Source of the DNA: Fidelibacterota bacterium
Lineage (GTDB): Bacteria > Fidelibacterota > UBA8477 > JABMPR01
Reading direction: 5' to 3'
NCBI GenBank assembly: GCA_021734255.1
Contig: JAIPJM010000012.1
Coordinates: forward strand, 12,291 to 76,290
DNA length: 64,000 bases
The notes beneath the pieces were generated by a model that was not told the origin of the DNA, did not search any database, and worked only from the letters and a program-made list of their open reading frames with translations. Shown here in pieces: positions 18,634-29,300 of the stretch. The position numbers and the translations under genes are program-made. How positions within the stretch are numbered: the stretch's first letter is position 1; every line of letters begins with the position of its first letter.

Positions 18634-21015
18634 TTAAAACTGAATCTTATAACTTAAAGAAGGAACAACAATTGCTTCTTCCACCAATTTGACATCGCCT
18701 GATTTATAGTCATAATCGTAATATGAGAAGCTTGTGCTTCCTAAAACATTCATAACCTGCAGCGCCCAGACACTTGAATATGCCTTCGTATTCTTCCTGT
18801 AGGTCACACTCATGTCCAGTGTGATCTTATCTGCTTCCCGCTCCTCAAAAGCTCTTGATTCATCAAGGACAGCCGCTTGCGAGGCAATCGTTGCTGCCAC
18901 ATTGACAGGACTTCTTCGTTCACCCCCACTGGCTTTCAACTTGACATTAAGACCCAAAATGTTTTGTCGCCTTTTCCCCGTCCGAAACTCTGTCCCCAAC
19001 AGACCATTGACCACATAAGCGGATGCATAGCGACTATCTCTTTCAATCCCATCACCTCCAACTGCTTTTGATTCAAAGATCGAAGCCGTGACCAAATAGT
19101 ACATCCCTCTGTTCAGAAATCTTTCCAGGGTGATGTCCAGGCCATAATTTTTCCCGGTACCCTTATTCACCAGGGGATTATTAAAGGTAAGGTCCTGCTT
19201 GAAACTCAGCATTGAAAAGGAACTATCCTGGATAACCGGGACATTGTATGCCATTTGCAGATAGGGCTCGACCTTCAGCCTCAAGATGGTGGATAGCTGT
19301 TGCTGGTAACCAAAAACAAGATGATGTGCCCGTGATAATTCCAGATCCCTATTCGGCTGGCTTCGTTCTCCAGTCACCTGGTGTTCAATAAAATAGATCC
19401 TCAGTTCTTCAAGCTGACTATGGTTTCCATATCCTAAACTGAAGCTGCGAATTGGATCCACTTTCCAGTCAAATCCCAGCCTGGGTTCAATTGACACATC
19501 TGAATTCGTACTAAAATATTGAGCATGTACGCCGGCATTCAACTTCAGCGAGGGACTCAGATCGAATCTGGACTGTGAATAGACCTGCACCAGGTTTGCG
19601 CTCTCCTCCTGATCGACCAGGGTTGTAAGAGGCAGGCTATTGGCAATGGCGGCTTGCTGATCAAATTGAAAATTCAAGCGGTTGAAAACCAGACCCGTTC
19701 GATTGGTATGTCTGCGCTGGAGGCGTGTATTCAGAAATGTAGAAAATGTCAATTCACCTGAATTGTTTTCAGCGATATAGTTATCCTGCAGTATGAGATC
19801 ATCATCCAGGCGATACATGTTCATCGATGATAGCTGCCGGGTACTGGCGAGGCTTGATTTGATGTATGCGTTTGTATTAAGCAAATATTTGTGGTTGAAC
19901 CCGATGGCATTCATACCCATTTCAAGATCATAAGCAATGCGGTCCCAGGCTGTCTCCCACTTGCTTGAGTCTGCTTGTTCATACTCTTCATTCCGGTCTC
20001 TGGCTCCAATGCCCCACAGTGAGAACTTGCCATAGCTGCGGGTAGGGACCGTTATCTTGAAGGCCAGGTCTGAGTACTCGGGAACTTGTTCAGAGGGGAT
20101 GAGCGGTTTGATCAGGGCAAAGGTGGAATAGCGATAGTTGAAGATATAAGAAGCATTTTCCAGCCCGCGAATTGGACCCTCCGCTGCCATATCCAGGCCC
20201 AGGATCCCCGCCTGAAAGGTGTATTCCTGTTTCTCCCGATTGCCTTCTCGTATGCGCATATCGAATACACCTGCCAGTGCATTTCCATATTCAGCAGGAA
20301 AGGCACCTGTGTAGAAGTCAGAATTGTCCAGAACATGACTGCTCAGAACAGAGACAAAACCTCCACCGGCAACATTCACATCAGGAAAATGGTTGGGACT
20401 CGGAATCCGTACACCTTCGATCTGCCACAACAAACCTTTGCCAGAATTTCCCCTTACTATAATAGCATTGTCTTGTGGGGCGCCAGTTGTAACACCAGCA
20501 AATGATGCTGCCAGACGGGCAGGATCATCCATCCCACCGGCATAGCGACGAGCCTCCTCCACAGTAAAGGTTCTGGCACTTACCGTTGCCATGGAATTTC
20601 TTGGGATCTCTTTTCCTTTCGTTCCTTCAACCACGACCTCATCGACAGAAATACTGGATGCCTGGAGCTGAATGTTTAAAACAACCTCTTTCGCGGAACT
20701 CAGCAAAATTTCCCGCGCCACGAAGGATTCATAACCAATGTAGGTGATCATTATATCATAGCGGCCTACTGGCAATCGATCTATCCAGAAGGCTCCTTCA
20801 GAATTGCTCATGGCACCTGTGGCCGGTTCGAAATTCAGAACGACAACATTTGCTCCAAACAGTGGCGTCTGCGTTTCCTGGTCTAAAATCGTTCCTTTGA
20901 TCGTCTGAGTAAGTGGCTGTGCGAAAAGCAAATTGCCGCCAAGGACCACCAGCATCGTGGCGCTGTGAATGAGTCTTGCTTTTCCGGTCAACAAAAACTT
21001 CAAAAACGTGTTCAT
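18634..21015 (-). CDS. TonB-dependent outer-membrane receptor with N-terminal carboxypeptidase-regulatory-like domain
   Basis: Signal peptide, CarbopepD_reg-like beta-sandwich (TIKGTILDQETQTPLFGANVVV), plug and barrel. Ends in an aromatic residue (KIQF). Confidence 0.85.
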   Translation of the reverse strand: MNTFLKFLLTGKARLIHSATMLVVLGGNLLFAQPLTQTIKGTILDQETQTPLFGANVVVLNFEPATGAMSNSEGAFWIDRLPVGRYDIMITYIGYESFVAREILLSSAKEVVLNIQLQASSISVDEVVVEGTKGKEIPRNSMATVSARTFTVEEARRYAGGMDDPARLAASFAGVTTGAPQDNAIIVRGNSGKGLLWQIEGVRIPSPNHFPDVNVAGGGFVSVLSSHVLDNSDFYTGAFPAEYGNALAGVFDMRIREGNREKQEYTFQAGILGLDMAAEGPIRGLENASYIFNYRYSTFALIKPLIPSEQVPEYSDLAFKITVPTRSYGKFSLWGIGARDRNEEYEQADSSKWETAWDRIAYDLEMGMNAIGFNHKYLLNTNAYIKSSLASTRQLSSMNMYRLDDDLILQDNYIAENNSGELTFSTFLNTRLQRRHTNRTGLVFNRLNFQFDQQAAIANSLPLTTLVDQEESANLVQVYSQSRFDLSPSLKLNAGVHAQYFSTNSDVSIEPRLGFDWKVDPIRSFSLGYGNHSQLEELRIYFIEHQVTGERSQPNRDLELSRAHHLVFGYQQQLSTILRLKVEPYLQMAYNVPVIQDSSFSMLSFKQDLTFNNPLVNKGTGKNYGLDITLERFLNRGMYYLVTASIFESKAVGGDGIERDSRYASAYVVNGLLGTEFRTGKRRQNILGLNVKLKASGGERRSPVNVAATIASQAAVLDESRAFEEREADKITLDMSVTYRKNTKAYSSVWALQVMNVLGSTSFSYYDYDYKSGDVKLVEEAIVVPSLSYKIQF

Positions 21016-21270
21016 TATTATTCCCCTTATGAGTGTCAGCAGGATATACGTTCAAAGTCCAGGCCAACTCCCATAATGGTATACAGCCTCATTTCCCGAG
21101 ATTTGAAGCGTCGGGATTATATCATTATGATATATATGATTGCCGTTTTGGTATACCTTATGGTCGGAATTGCTGCGCTGCGTTCCAGCACATTTTTAAG
21201 GGATACAATGAACCAATCTCCTGATCGGAGATTCCCGGGAAAAAGGTCTTATGTCAGGACTTGTTGTGAC

Positions 21271-21912
21271 TTAGGCTGGGTGACAAACCCAGAGCTGGAT
21301 AGTCCCTTTGTTCGTGATCTGTGTTTCTATCACTTCCAGACCGACTTCCTGGAGAAGTGCAGGCATGCCACCCCCTTGCATGAAGGAACGAAATCCGGCA
21401 TAGTGCTGCCAGCCCGCCATGAACTCAACAATATGGGTGCTTATCAATTTGGGTGTTGAGGTCTGGGGGTAGATCCAGTCTACCAGGATGATCTGGTTTC
21501 CCAGGCGTTTCATCTCCTTGAGAACGGGCAGTCGCTTTGCTTCTGGCATCTCATGGATGACCATACTGCTTATCGAATAATCAAAGCTTTTATCTGCCAG
21601 ATGGGAAAGATCCGTTGCGTCAGCCAACTGGAAATCACAATTATCGATCCCGCGCCTGTCAGCCTGTCGCCTGGCTGTGTTGACCATGGTCTCGGACAAT
21701 TCAATACAGATAGCCGACTTGATCTTTTCAGCCATAAAGAGGACCTGGTTTCCCGTGCCACCGCCCACATCCAAGACCGTGCTGCCCTCAGGGATAATAG
21801 CAGCAACGCGTTTTCTGATGCTAGCCAGGGCTGGATCAATGAAGCGTTGATAGGCCCATCCATCATAGAAATGGTTATTCGCCCGGGTCTCAGTCTTTAA
21901 TGCTGTTTTCAA
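21271..21912 (-). CDS. class I SAM-dependent methyltransferase
   Basis: Motif I VLDVGGGTGNQVLFMAE. Confidence 0.75.
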   Translation of the reverse strand: MKTALKTETRANNHFYDGWAYQRFIDPALASIRKRVAAIIPEGSTVLDVGGGTGNQVLFMAEKIKSAICIELSETMVNTARRQADRRGIDNCDFQLADATDLSHLADKSFDYSISSMVIHEMPEAKRLPVLKEMKRLGNQIILVDWIYPQTSTPKLISTHIVEFMAGWQHYAGFRSFMQGGGMPALLQEVGLEVIETQITNKGTIQLWVCHPA

Positions 21913-22114
21913 AATCAGGCTGTTAAAATGGGTGCTTTCATGTCACCATTAAAGGTTTTTTTACTCCAAGTTATGGTGCTTGGTGAGTAGAAATTCCACG
22001 CTTAAGTCAATGTTTTTAATTTGAAAAGAGCGGGTGTATTCGCTTGACAGATGCTACTTGGAAAATTATTTTCGTTGGCTTTGTATCCATTTGAGCAAAG
22101 CAGCAAAGGAGCTT

Positions 22115-22972
22115 ATGGCAAAAAAAGTAAAACGGATCGGTGGAGACACAAATCGCAGCCTCAGTAAATATCTAGAGGAAATTGGTCAATACGAACCTCT
22201 GGACCCCAAGGATGAGATCTCACTGGCACAGCGTGTCAAGCAGGGTGATCGCCTGGCACTTAAAAAACTAACAGAAGCAAATCTTCGTTTCGTCGTTTCT
22301 GTGGCCAAAGATTATCAGGGACAGGGCTTACCGCTGACTGACCTGATAAACGAGGGTAACCTGGGTTTGATCAAGGCCGCTGAGAGATTTGATGAGACCC
22401 GTGGTTTCAAATTCATCTCCTATGCTGTATGGTGGATCCGTCAGTCCATTCTCCAGGCACTTGCCGAGCACTCAAGAATTGTTCGACTCCCGCTGAACCG
22501 GGTTGGAACGATCTCCAAGATCTCCAAGACATCAGACAGGCTTGAGCAGAAACTTGAGAGAACGCCTACCGAGCGTGAGATCGCCAAGGAGCTTGAAATG
22601 GCACCGGAAGAAGTGGCTGATGCAATCCGTATCTCAAAACGTCACCATTCCCTGGATGCTCCATTTCAGGAAGAAGAGAAAAACTCGCTCATGGATGTGA
22701 TCGAGGATGAGCATGAGGAAGGCCCTGACTTTGAACTCATGTCTGATTCGCTTAAAAAAGAAATTCGCTCTGCTCTCGACACCTTGAAGGACAGAGAGCG
22801 TGAGGTTATACGTATGTATTTTGGTATCGATCGAGAATATGCGCTGACGCTGAACGAGATCGGTGAAGAATTTAATCTGACACGGGAACGTGTTCGTCAG
22901 ATCAAGGAGAAGGCCATCAAGCGTCTCCAGCATAAATCCCGTAGTCGCAAACTGCAGACCTATCTGGGTTAA
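22115..22972 (+). CDS. rpoD: RNA polymerase primary sigma factor (sigma-70 family, short FCB-type SigA lacking region 1.1)
   Basis: AAGGAG RBS then ATG at 22115. Regions 2-4 are present ([27 protein letters not shown], region 4 [20 protein letters not shown]). The ORF-track start at 22034 lacks an RBS. Confidence 0.9.
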   Translation: MAKKVKRIGGDTNRSLSKYLEEIGQYEPLDPKDEISLAQRVKQGDRLALKKLTEANLRFVVSVAKDYQGQGLPLTDLINEGNLGLIKAAERFDETRGFKFISYAVWWIRQSILQALAEHSRIVRLPLNRVGTISKISKTSDRLEQKLERTPTEREIAKELEMAPEEVADAIRISKRHHSLDAPFQEEEKNSLMDVIEDEHEEGPDFELMSDSLKKEIRSALDTLKDREREVIRMYFGIDREYALTLNEIGEEFNLTRERVRQIKEKAIKRLQHKSRSRKLQTYLG

Positions 22973-22996
22973 TTTGAAGGGAGGTGAGATCGCACT

Positions 22997-23194
22997 ATGT
23001 CAGTAATGGTAACCGTTAAACGGGATGAACCTTTTGAGAAAGCCTTACGGCGTTTCAAGAAGAAATACGAAAAAGCCGGCATTCTTAAGGACGTAAAAAA
23101 GAACTCCTTCTATTTAAAGCCCTCAGAAGATCGCCGTTTGCGTCGTGCTAAAGCCGCCAAACGCAGTCGTCAGACTCGTCGTTACGGCAGCTAA
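22997..23194 (+). CDS. rpsU: 30S ribosomal protein S21
   Basis: VKRDEPFEKALRRFKKKYEKAGILKDVKK...RRLRRAKAAKR is the S21 family sequence. Confidence 0.9.
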   Translation: MSVMVTVKRDEPFEKALRRFKKKYEKAGILKDVKKNSFYLKPSEDRRLRRAKAAKRSRQTRRYGS

Positions 23195-23215
23195 GCCACA
23201 ACGCTAGATCAAATT

Positions 23216-23246
23216 AAAAAACCCGGGTTTATCCCGGGTTTTTTTG
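23216..23246. terminator. bidirectional rho-independent terminator between rpsU and the convergent lipoprotein gene
   Basis: AAAAAACCCGGGTTTATCCCGGGTTTTTTT is a perfect 7-bp GC stem flanked by an A-run and a T-run. Confidence 0.75.
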
Positions 23247-23269
23247 TTTCCACTAGAAAATATAGTCTG

Positions 23270-24310
23270 TTATTTTTGTTTTTTCTTTTGACTCTTTGGA
23301 ACCACGACTGTGGCGACTGATTCGGTTTCATTTCCACTACCATCAACAGCCAATGCGGTGATCGTATAGACACGACCATCCCCTTTACCTGCGCGCTCAG
23401 CACGGAGGTAAATATTGCGGTTACTGTCTTCATTTTCAATGATCTGCCAGTCCGCATCTGTATTCCCGTCACCGGGAGCATTCAATGCTTCATTGCTTGA
23501 AACTGTAATTGTGAGATTGGGTTCATCATAATCATCCGTTGCGTAAACACCCTGAGCGACACGAATCATCTTATGATTAGCCGGCCACAGTTTATCTGTG
23601 TCCAGAGTCATGAAAATTTCAGGGGGCCTGTCCTCACCCAGCAACTGAAAACACATATCACCAAAGGAACTGGTCTGTCCCAGATAGGTTTTGCCTCTAA
23701 ACCCGGCCAAAATACCATCAGTGGGAGAGAAGATGGAATACTGACCCAGTTCGATATAATCACCAGAGACACTCGTCCAGTATTTTGTATGAGCTGATGC
23801 TTGAAATGGAGTTGTTAGGGACGTCGTGACCTCATAAATATCAAACTCAGGATCATATTCCCAGCTCTCAGGTTCCTTGAATTCTTCATACAGGAATTCG
23901 TCCGGGATGTCATCCTCGTCACTCAGGATCTTTACATGGACTTGCCTGCCTGGTCGAGGTGGTTTACAGGTAAAGATGCGAATAGCGGAAATGGTTCTGG
24001 CTTCATCCAGTGAAAACTGGTCGGCGATATTCCAGGTATGTGACCAGCTGGCCAGACAGGTATTTAATTCTCCGGTAGATGGTCCCTGGTCAAACAGCAC
24101 TGAATAGGTGCCAGCTTTTCCCAGGTGAACTGCTTGCCCAATCGCTTCAGCTTCCAACTCCTGGTGCTCAGAAAATGCCTGCATGACAATTCTACCGAGA
24201 GCCTCCTTTTTTTGTAGTGAGCCTGCTGGCTCAGATACGACAGCATCAGAGCAACCAGTCAAAACGAGCGTTCCGAACAGAAAAAGAACTGATAAGTATT
24301 TGATATTCAT
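23270..24310 (-). CDS. hypothetical lipoprotein
   Basis: Start at MNIKYLSVLFLFGTLVLTGCS (signal plus lipobox). No recognisable catalytic motif. Lys-rich C-terminus. Confidence 0.5.
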   Translation of the reverse strand: MNIKYLSVLFLFGTLVLTGCSDAVVSEPAGSLQKKEALGRIVMQAFSEHQELEAEAIGQAVHLGKAGTYSVLFDQGPSTGELNTCLASWSHTWNIADQFSLDEARTISAIRIFTCKPPRPGRQVHVKILSDEDDIPDEFLYEEFKEPESWEYDPEFDIYEVTTSLTTPFQASAHTKYWTSVSGDYIELGQYSIFSPTDGILAGFRGKTYLGQTSSFGDMCFQLLGEDRPPEIFMTLDTDKLWPANHKMIRVAQGVYATDDYDEPNLTITVSSNEALNAPGDGNTDADWQIIENEDSNRNIYLRAERAGKGDGRVYTITALAVDGSGNETESVATVVVPKSQKKKQK

Positions 24311-24361
24311 AATGTTCACCCTTCCCAACCCATCAGTATATGGACGAAAAGTATCAGATTT

Positions 24362-26155
24362 CTAATCTTTTTCATCATCCCAGGAGTTGTCCAGCCAAGA
24401 TTCAAAGACCAGTTTTTGTTTGTCGTCAGGATCCTCGATCTGGGAAAGCGATTTGATTTCCACGGGTCTGAAACCGACCGTGACATGGATGTCTCTTAGC
24501 ATACCCTTGCGTGAGACCGTGCAAACGATCCGATCCCCTGGTGTTTTTTCGCGCATATAGTCAGGTTTTGATGATTTCACTCTGAATCCATCGATGGCCA
24601 CCAATTCATCATGGACACTGAGTCCAGCATCCCAGGCAGGAGAATCCTCTAAAACATTTGTGATCATGACACGACCATTGTTCATGCTCATCTTGATCCC
24701 CAGGTGGCTTTTCTTCTCTTCGGTGGAATCGAGTACGACACCGGCCAACTCAAACACCTCTGCATAGGGAAGTGGCGCAAAACCATAAACATAGTCTTTG
24801 AAAAACGCCCCCAGCTCAAGCCCGCTGATCCTTTCACTCTCTTCCTGAACGTCTTGTGTGGTGTAGGGTTTGTCCCTTTCGGCAAACTCACGATACAGGG
24901 TTGAGATAACCTCGTCGAGACCTGCTTTCCCACCGGTGGCGTCCGTGATCATGATATCCAGCAACAGTCCGATCAAATGACCTTTGTTATAATAGGAGAT
25001 AGTTGAATTTCTTGAGTGCTCGCTGGTTCGATAATATTTGATCCATGCATCCCAGCTGGCGTCTGCCACAGACTGATGTAGCTTTCCCGGTCGTGCTTCC
25101 AGGGTGTTGATCTCCCTTTTTAACACATCCAGATACTCATCTTTATCCTTGATACCTATCCGCTGCAGGATCAACTCATCATAATAGGAGGTCACACCCT
25201 CTGCCATCCATAATTCATCAAAATAATTTTCAGCATCATAGTCGAAAGTGGCAACGCCTTGCGGATAGAGTCTCTTGATATTCCAGGTGTGAAAGAATTC
25301 ATGGGCGATGAGGGCCAGGAAGCTTTTATACCGTTTTTCATCATTAAAGGACCAGCGGCGAATAAAATTTACTGAGGAGTGGGCATGTTCCAGTCCTCCA
25401 CGTCCCTCTTCCAGGTGCAGGATATAGGCATAGCGATCGTAAGGAAGACCACCAAAGATCTCAGCTTCTGCCTCCATGATCCGGGTGAAATCATTGACGA
25501 TCACTGAATCGATATAATTACTGGAGCCATAGATCCCAATGACATGTGGTATCCCATGCACCTCGAATTCCAAAACCTTCTGATTTCCCAGCTCCAGGGG
25601 TGAATCGGCGAGCTCATCATAATTCGCGGCTACAAAATCCACATTACCAGGCTTGTTAAATGGTTTTAATGCTGTGGTTATGCTCGACCAGGATTCAGGC
25701 AGATCAACATGGAGCTTATGCTCTCGGTTCTGATTCTTCTCCCAATACATAAAGACACTGGCCGGGATGACCAGGGCATGATCTGAATCCAGATAGCTGG
25801 TGCGAACACTGTGTTCAAAGGCATAGACCCGATACTTTACAATGATATCCTGACCCCATTTTCCCATGACCTGCCAGTGATTCTTATCCAGTTTTTCGAT
25901 GTCAATTATGCTGCCGTCTGCAGCTATGGCTGTCACATCCTGCACATGTTGGGCGTATTCCCGAATCAAATAGGACCCGGGTGTCCACACGGGCAGTGCA
26001 ACCACTTCTTTGCCCCTAGCTCCGTCAAGTCTCATCTCCACTTCGAACAGATGGGTGTGAGGTTCAGGCATTGATAATTTGTAATGGATGCTTTTCCCTG
26101 GTGTGGCGGAAGCCATGACCAACATGAGGATGGTGAGTTTATGAATTCGAAGCAT
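24362..26155 (-). CDS. M61 family glycyl aminopeptidase with C-terminal PDZ domain
   Basis: Signal peptide. HEFFHTWN zinc-binding motif characteristic of M61. PDZ-like segment (VHDELVAIDGFRV). Confidence 0.75.
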   Translation of the reverse strand: MLRIHKLTILMLVMASATPGKSIHYKLSMPEPHTHLFEVEMRLDGARGKEVVALPVWTPGSYLIREYAQHVQDVTAIAADGSIIDIEKLDKNHWQVMGKWGQDIIVKYRVYAFEHSVRTSYLDSDHALVIPASVFMYWEKNQNREHKLHVDLPESWSSITTALKPFNKPGNVDFVAANYDELADSPLELGNQKVLEFEVHGIPHVIGIYGSSNYIDSVIVNDFTRIMEAEAEIFGGLPYDRYAYILHLEEGRGGLEHAHSSVNFIRRWSFNDEKRYKSFLALIAHEFFHTWNIKRLYPQGVATFDYDAENYFDELWMAEGVTSYYDELILQRIGIKDKDEYLDVLKREINTLEARPGKLHQSVADASWDAWIKYYRTSEHSRNSTISYYNKGHLIGLLLDIMITDATGGKAGLDEVISTLYREFAERDKPYTTQDVQEESERISGLELGAFFKDYVYGFAPLPYAEVFELAGVVLDSTEEKKSHLGIKMSMNNGRVMITNVLEDSPAWDAGLSVHDELVAIDGFRVKSSKPDYMREKTPGDRIVCTVSRKGMLRDIHVTVGFRPVEIKSLSQIEDPDDKQKLVFESWLDNSWDDEKD

Positions 26156-26223
26156 GAATCCCCCTTAAAGAGATTGGTAGAGTTGTTGATAGCAGATCCA
26201 AGAAAATCATGATAATTGAATAT

Positions 26224-26260
26224 AAAAAAAAAGGCGAAGCTCGAAAGCTCCGCCTTTTCA
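26224..26260 (-). terminator. rho-independent terminator of sod
   Basis: On the minus transcript, GAAAAGGCGGAGCTTTCGAGCTTCGCC is followed by U9. Confidence 0.65.
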
Positions 26261-26277
26261 GCATTTACTTCAGAAAT

Positions 26278-26859
26278 TTACTTGCTGAACTGTTCAGCAA
26301 CAAACTCCCAATTGAACAATTTCCAGATCTCTTCCAGATATTTTGGACGTGCATTCCGATAGTCTACATAATAGGCATGCTCCCAAACATCTACTGTCAG
26401 CAGTGCGGTCTGACCATCGGTCATGGGTGTTCCAGCATTGTCCGTTGAAACAATGGACAGGGCACCATCTGTATTCTTAACCAGCCAGGTCCAGCCAGAG
26501 CCAAAGTTTGTGGCAGCAGCTTTTGTAAACTCAGCTTTGAAATTATCAAATGAGCCAAAGGCAACATCAATGGCTGCAGCCAGATCACCAGAAGGAGCAC
26601 CACCACCATTTGGTGATAGACAATTCCAGTAGAAGGTATGGTTCCAAACCTGGGCGGCATTGTTGAAAAGACCACCTGATGCTTTGAGAATAATTTCTTC
26701 CAGTGTTAAATTCTCAAACTCAGTTCCTTGAACCAGGTTGTTAAGGTTCGTCACATAGGCATTGTGATGTTTGCCATAGTGGTAATCCAGTGTTTCCGCT
26801 GAAATCACAGGCTCCAGAGCGTTCTGGGCATAGGGTAAGGCAGGTAATTCATGTTTCAT
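26278..26859 (-). CDS. sodA: Fe/Mn superoxide dismutase
   Basis: [13 protein letters not shown]...HHNAYV...DVWEHAYY, all canonical motifs. Confidence 0.95.
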   Translation of the reverse strand: MKHELPALPYAQNALEPVISAETLDYHYGKHHNAYVTNLNNLVQGTEFENLTLEEIILKASGGLFNNAAQVWNHTFYWNCLSPNGGGAPSGDLAAAIDVAFGSFDNFKAEFTKAAATNFGSGWTWLVKNTDGALSIVSTDNAGTPMTDGQTALLTVDVWEHAYYVDYRNARPKYLEEIWKLFNWEFVAEQFSK

Positions 26860-27073
26860 CTTTAAGTCCCCTTTTTTTTAATTATTATATGTTACTCTTA
26901 TTGTCATGTATACAGTATAAACTGAAACAGGGCAGATTGAAATGACATCTTTGGGACTAACATTCGCTGTAAAATAGCAACACAGGGGCACCTAAGTACA
27001 GAATTATCTACATTTTTTTAGATTTGCTTTTATTTTATTGTCAACAATCAACCCTCAAAACTAAGTTCATCAC

Positions 27074-27931
27074 ATGACGACCTGGCGTGTTGTAGATATC
27101 ATTCAATCGAGTGCAGATTACCTTTCCAAAAAGGGAGTACCCAACCCCCGACTGGATGCAGAAATCCTGTTGGGGAAGGTTATTCAAAAGGAACGCCTTG
27201 AACTTTACCTGTTTTTTGATCGGCCCATGGCTAAACAGGAACTTGACCATTACCGGGAATTCATCCGGCGTAGAGGTGAACGTGAGCCCCTGCAGCATAT
27301 TTTGGGAGAAACGGGGTTCATGAACCTGATCCTGAAAACGGGTCCCCAGGCCTTAATTCCAAGGCCGGAAACTGAAGTCCTGGTCGAGCAGGCCATACAC
27401 ATGATGCAGGGTCGCCCTGCCAGGATCCTTGATATTGGCACTGGAAGCGGTTGTATTGCGATTGCGCTGGCGGCAGATCTGCCAGATGCCGATGTTCAAG
27501 CCATTGATCTGTCTGAGCCAGCGCTGAGCCTGGCCAGGGAAAATGCCCACCTGAATCATACCGAGGTCTCTTTCTCTGTCCTCGATATCATGAAGCAGAT
27601 TCCTGACCTGGATGAACGTTTTGGGCTGGTAGTGTCAAACCCGCCATATATCTCACCTGATGAGAAGCAAGATCTGCAGGAGGAGGTTCGAGATTTTGAT
27701 CCTCCAGAGGCGCTATTTGATGATGTTGATGGGCTTTCATTTTACCGAAGATTTGCCGAAATTATTCCGGAGCTATTAGAGCCAAGGGGGCGCTTTCTCT
27801 TTGAGTTTGGCGGAAACCATCAGGAAAAATCCGTTCTGAATATTTTTACTGAAAAAGGCTACGCTGATCTTGAGATCATTCAGGATTATAATGGCGACCC
27901 GCGGGTGATCTCAGGTAGCTTTTTACCCTAG
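27074..27931 (+). CDS. prmC: release factor glutamine N5-methyltransferase
   Basis: ILDIGTGSGCIAI SAM motif and NPPY catalytic motif (VVSNPPYIS). Confidence 0.85.
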   Translation: MTTWRVVDIIQSSADYLSKKGVPNPRLDAEILLGKVIQKERLELYLFFDRPMAKQELDHYREFIRRRGEREPLQHILGETGFMNLILKTGPQALIPRPETEVLVEQAIHMMQGRPARILDIGTGSGCIAIALAADLPDADVQAIDLSEPALSLARENAHLNHTEVSFSVLDIMKQIPDLDERFGLVVSNPPYISPDEKQDLQEEVRDFDPPEALFDDVDGLSFYRRFAEIIPELLEPRGRFLFEFGGNHQEKSVLNIFTEKGYADLEIIQDYNGDPRVISGSFLP

Positions 27932-27940
27932 AGGAATGTT

Positions 27941-28303
27941 ATGAGATCTCGAATTATTGCGTACAGTGTGATGATCCTTTTACTCTCCGCTCATTTTTCT
28001 CGGGCCGGGAGTCCTGTTCTTATGGTACTCGTGTTAGGTATCCCTTTCCTTTTCTTCATCAAAAAGTCCTGGGTCATTCAGATGCTCCAGGTCGTGGCTT
28101 ATGCTGGCACCATCATCTGGCTCTTTTCCACCTATGAACATGTTATTCAACGTGTGACAAGTGGGGATGACTGGCTGCGCTTAATGATCATTATGTTTAC
28201 AGTGGCAGTCTACACTGCCTGGACGGGATACTTTCTGACCGTGGGAACGTTCAAGGAAAATTATGGTATTGGGGGAGCAGTGGATGAGTCCAAGTCCGAG
28301 TGA
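27941..28303 (+). CDS. small integral membrane protein, function unknown
   Basis: Four predicted TM helices, no motif. A coding-like ORF immediately after the prmC stop. Confidence 0.45.
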   Translation: MRSRIIAYSVMILLLSAHFSRAGSPVLMVLVLGIPFLFFIKKSWVIQMLQVVAYAGTIIWLFSTYEHVIQRVTSGDDWLRLMIIMFTVAVYTAWTGYFLTVGTFKENYGIGGAVDESKSE

Positions 28304-29267
28304 TCAGTTCTGTCATGACCTGGGAATAGATCTGCCCATTATCGGGGGTGCTATGTACCCCTGTTCCAATCCGGAACTTGTGGCTGCCGTATCAGAAACC
28401 GGCGGTATTGGCATCATTCAACCCCTCAGTCTGACCTATGTCCACGGGCATGATTTTCGAAAAGGTATTCAATATATCCGCAGCCTGACCTCCAAACCCA
28501 TCGGTCTAAACCTCCTGGTAGAAAAAAGTTCAGCGCGCTACTATGAGCGCCTGGTGGAATGGACCGCTATTGCCCTGGAAGAAGATATCCGCTTTTTTAT
28601 TACCGCCCTGGGGAACCCGAGATCCGCCGTTGACCAGATCCATGCGGAAGGCGGAATAGTCTATCACAACACCACAGCCCGGCGTTGGGCTGAAAAAGCC
28701 ATTCAGGCCGGTGTCGATGGTCTGATCTGTGTGAACGACCGAGCTGGTGGACATGCTGGCACGGAGAGCGCTCAAACACTATTTGATGAGCTTGCCCCTC
28801 TGGGAAAACCCCTGATTAGCGCTGGAGGTATCAGCGCCCCAGAAGCAGTCCTGGACATGCTCAACACCGGGTATGCCGGTGTGCAGATGGGAACCCGATT
28901 CGTAGCCAGCCAGGAGTGTTCAGCTCACCCAGACTATAAACAGGCGATTGTAGAGGCCAGCGAAGAAGATATTGTGCTCACAGACAAGCTTTCGGGCGTA
29001 CCGGTATCTGTAATCGAGACCCCCTACATCAAGAAGATCGGCGCCAAGGCCGGTCCGCTAGCCAAACGCCTATTGAAAGGCGCCAGGACCAAACGCTATG
29101 TCCGCATGTTCTACACTATCAGGTCCTTTCGGACACTGAAAGCGGACAAGGAAAAAGCAGGTGCTTACCAGCACTATTTGCAGGCGGGGAAAAGTGTGGG
29201 CAAGATCAACCAGGTCCAATCGGTGGCGGAGATCATGCAAGCCTATCGCGATGCATTAGGCCGCTAA
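28284..29267 (+). CDS. nitronate monooxygenase / FabK-like FMN-dependent oxidoreductase (NMO family)
   Basis: DLPIIGGAMYPCSNPELVAAVSETGGIGIIQ and GGISAPE...GVQMGTRF are NMO/2-nitropropane dioxygenase signatures. The start is ambiguous (28263 or 28284). Confidence 0.75.
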   Translation: MSPSPSDQFCHDLGIDLPIIGGAMYPCSNPELVAAVSETGGIGIIQPLSLTYVHGHDFRKGIQYIRSLTSKPIGLNLLVEKSSARYYERLVEWTAIALEEDIRFFITALGNPRSAVDQIHAEGGIVYHNTTARRWAEKAIQAGVDGLICVNDRAGGHAGTESAQTLFDELAPLGKPLISAGGISAPEAVLDMLNTGYAGVQMGTRFVASQECSAHPDYKQAIVEASEEDIVLTDKLSGVPVSVIETPYIKKIGAKAGPLAKRLLKGARTKRYVRMFYTIRSFRTLKADKEKAGAYQHYLQAGKSVGKINQVQSVAEIMQAYRDALGR

Positions 29268-29300
29268 GAAGCTCTTTTCCTGTTTCCTGTCGAGATTAAG

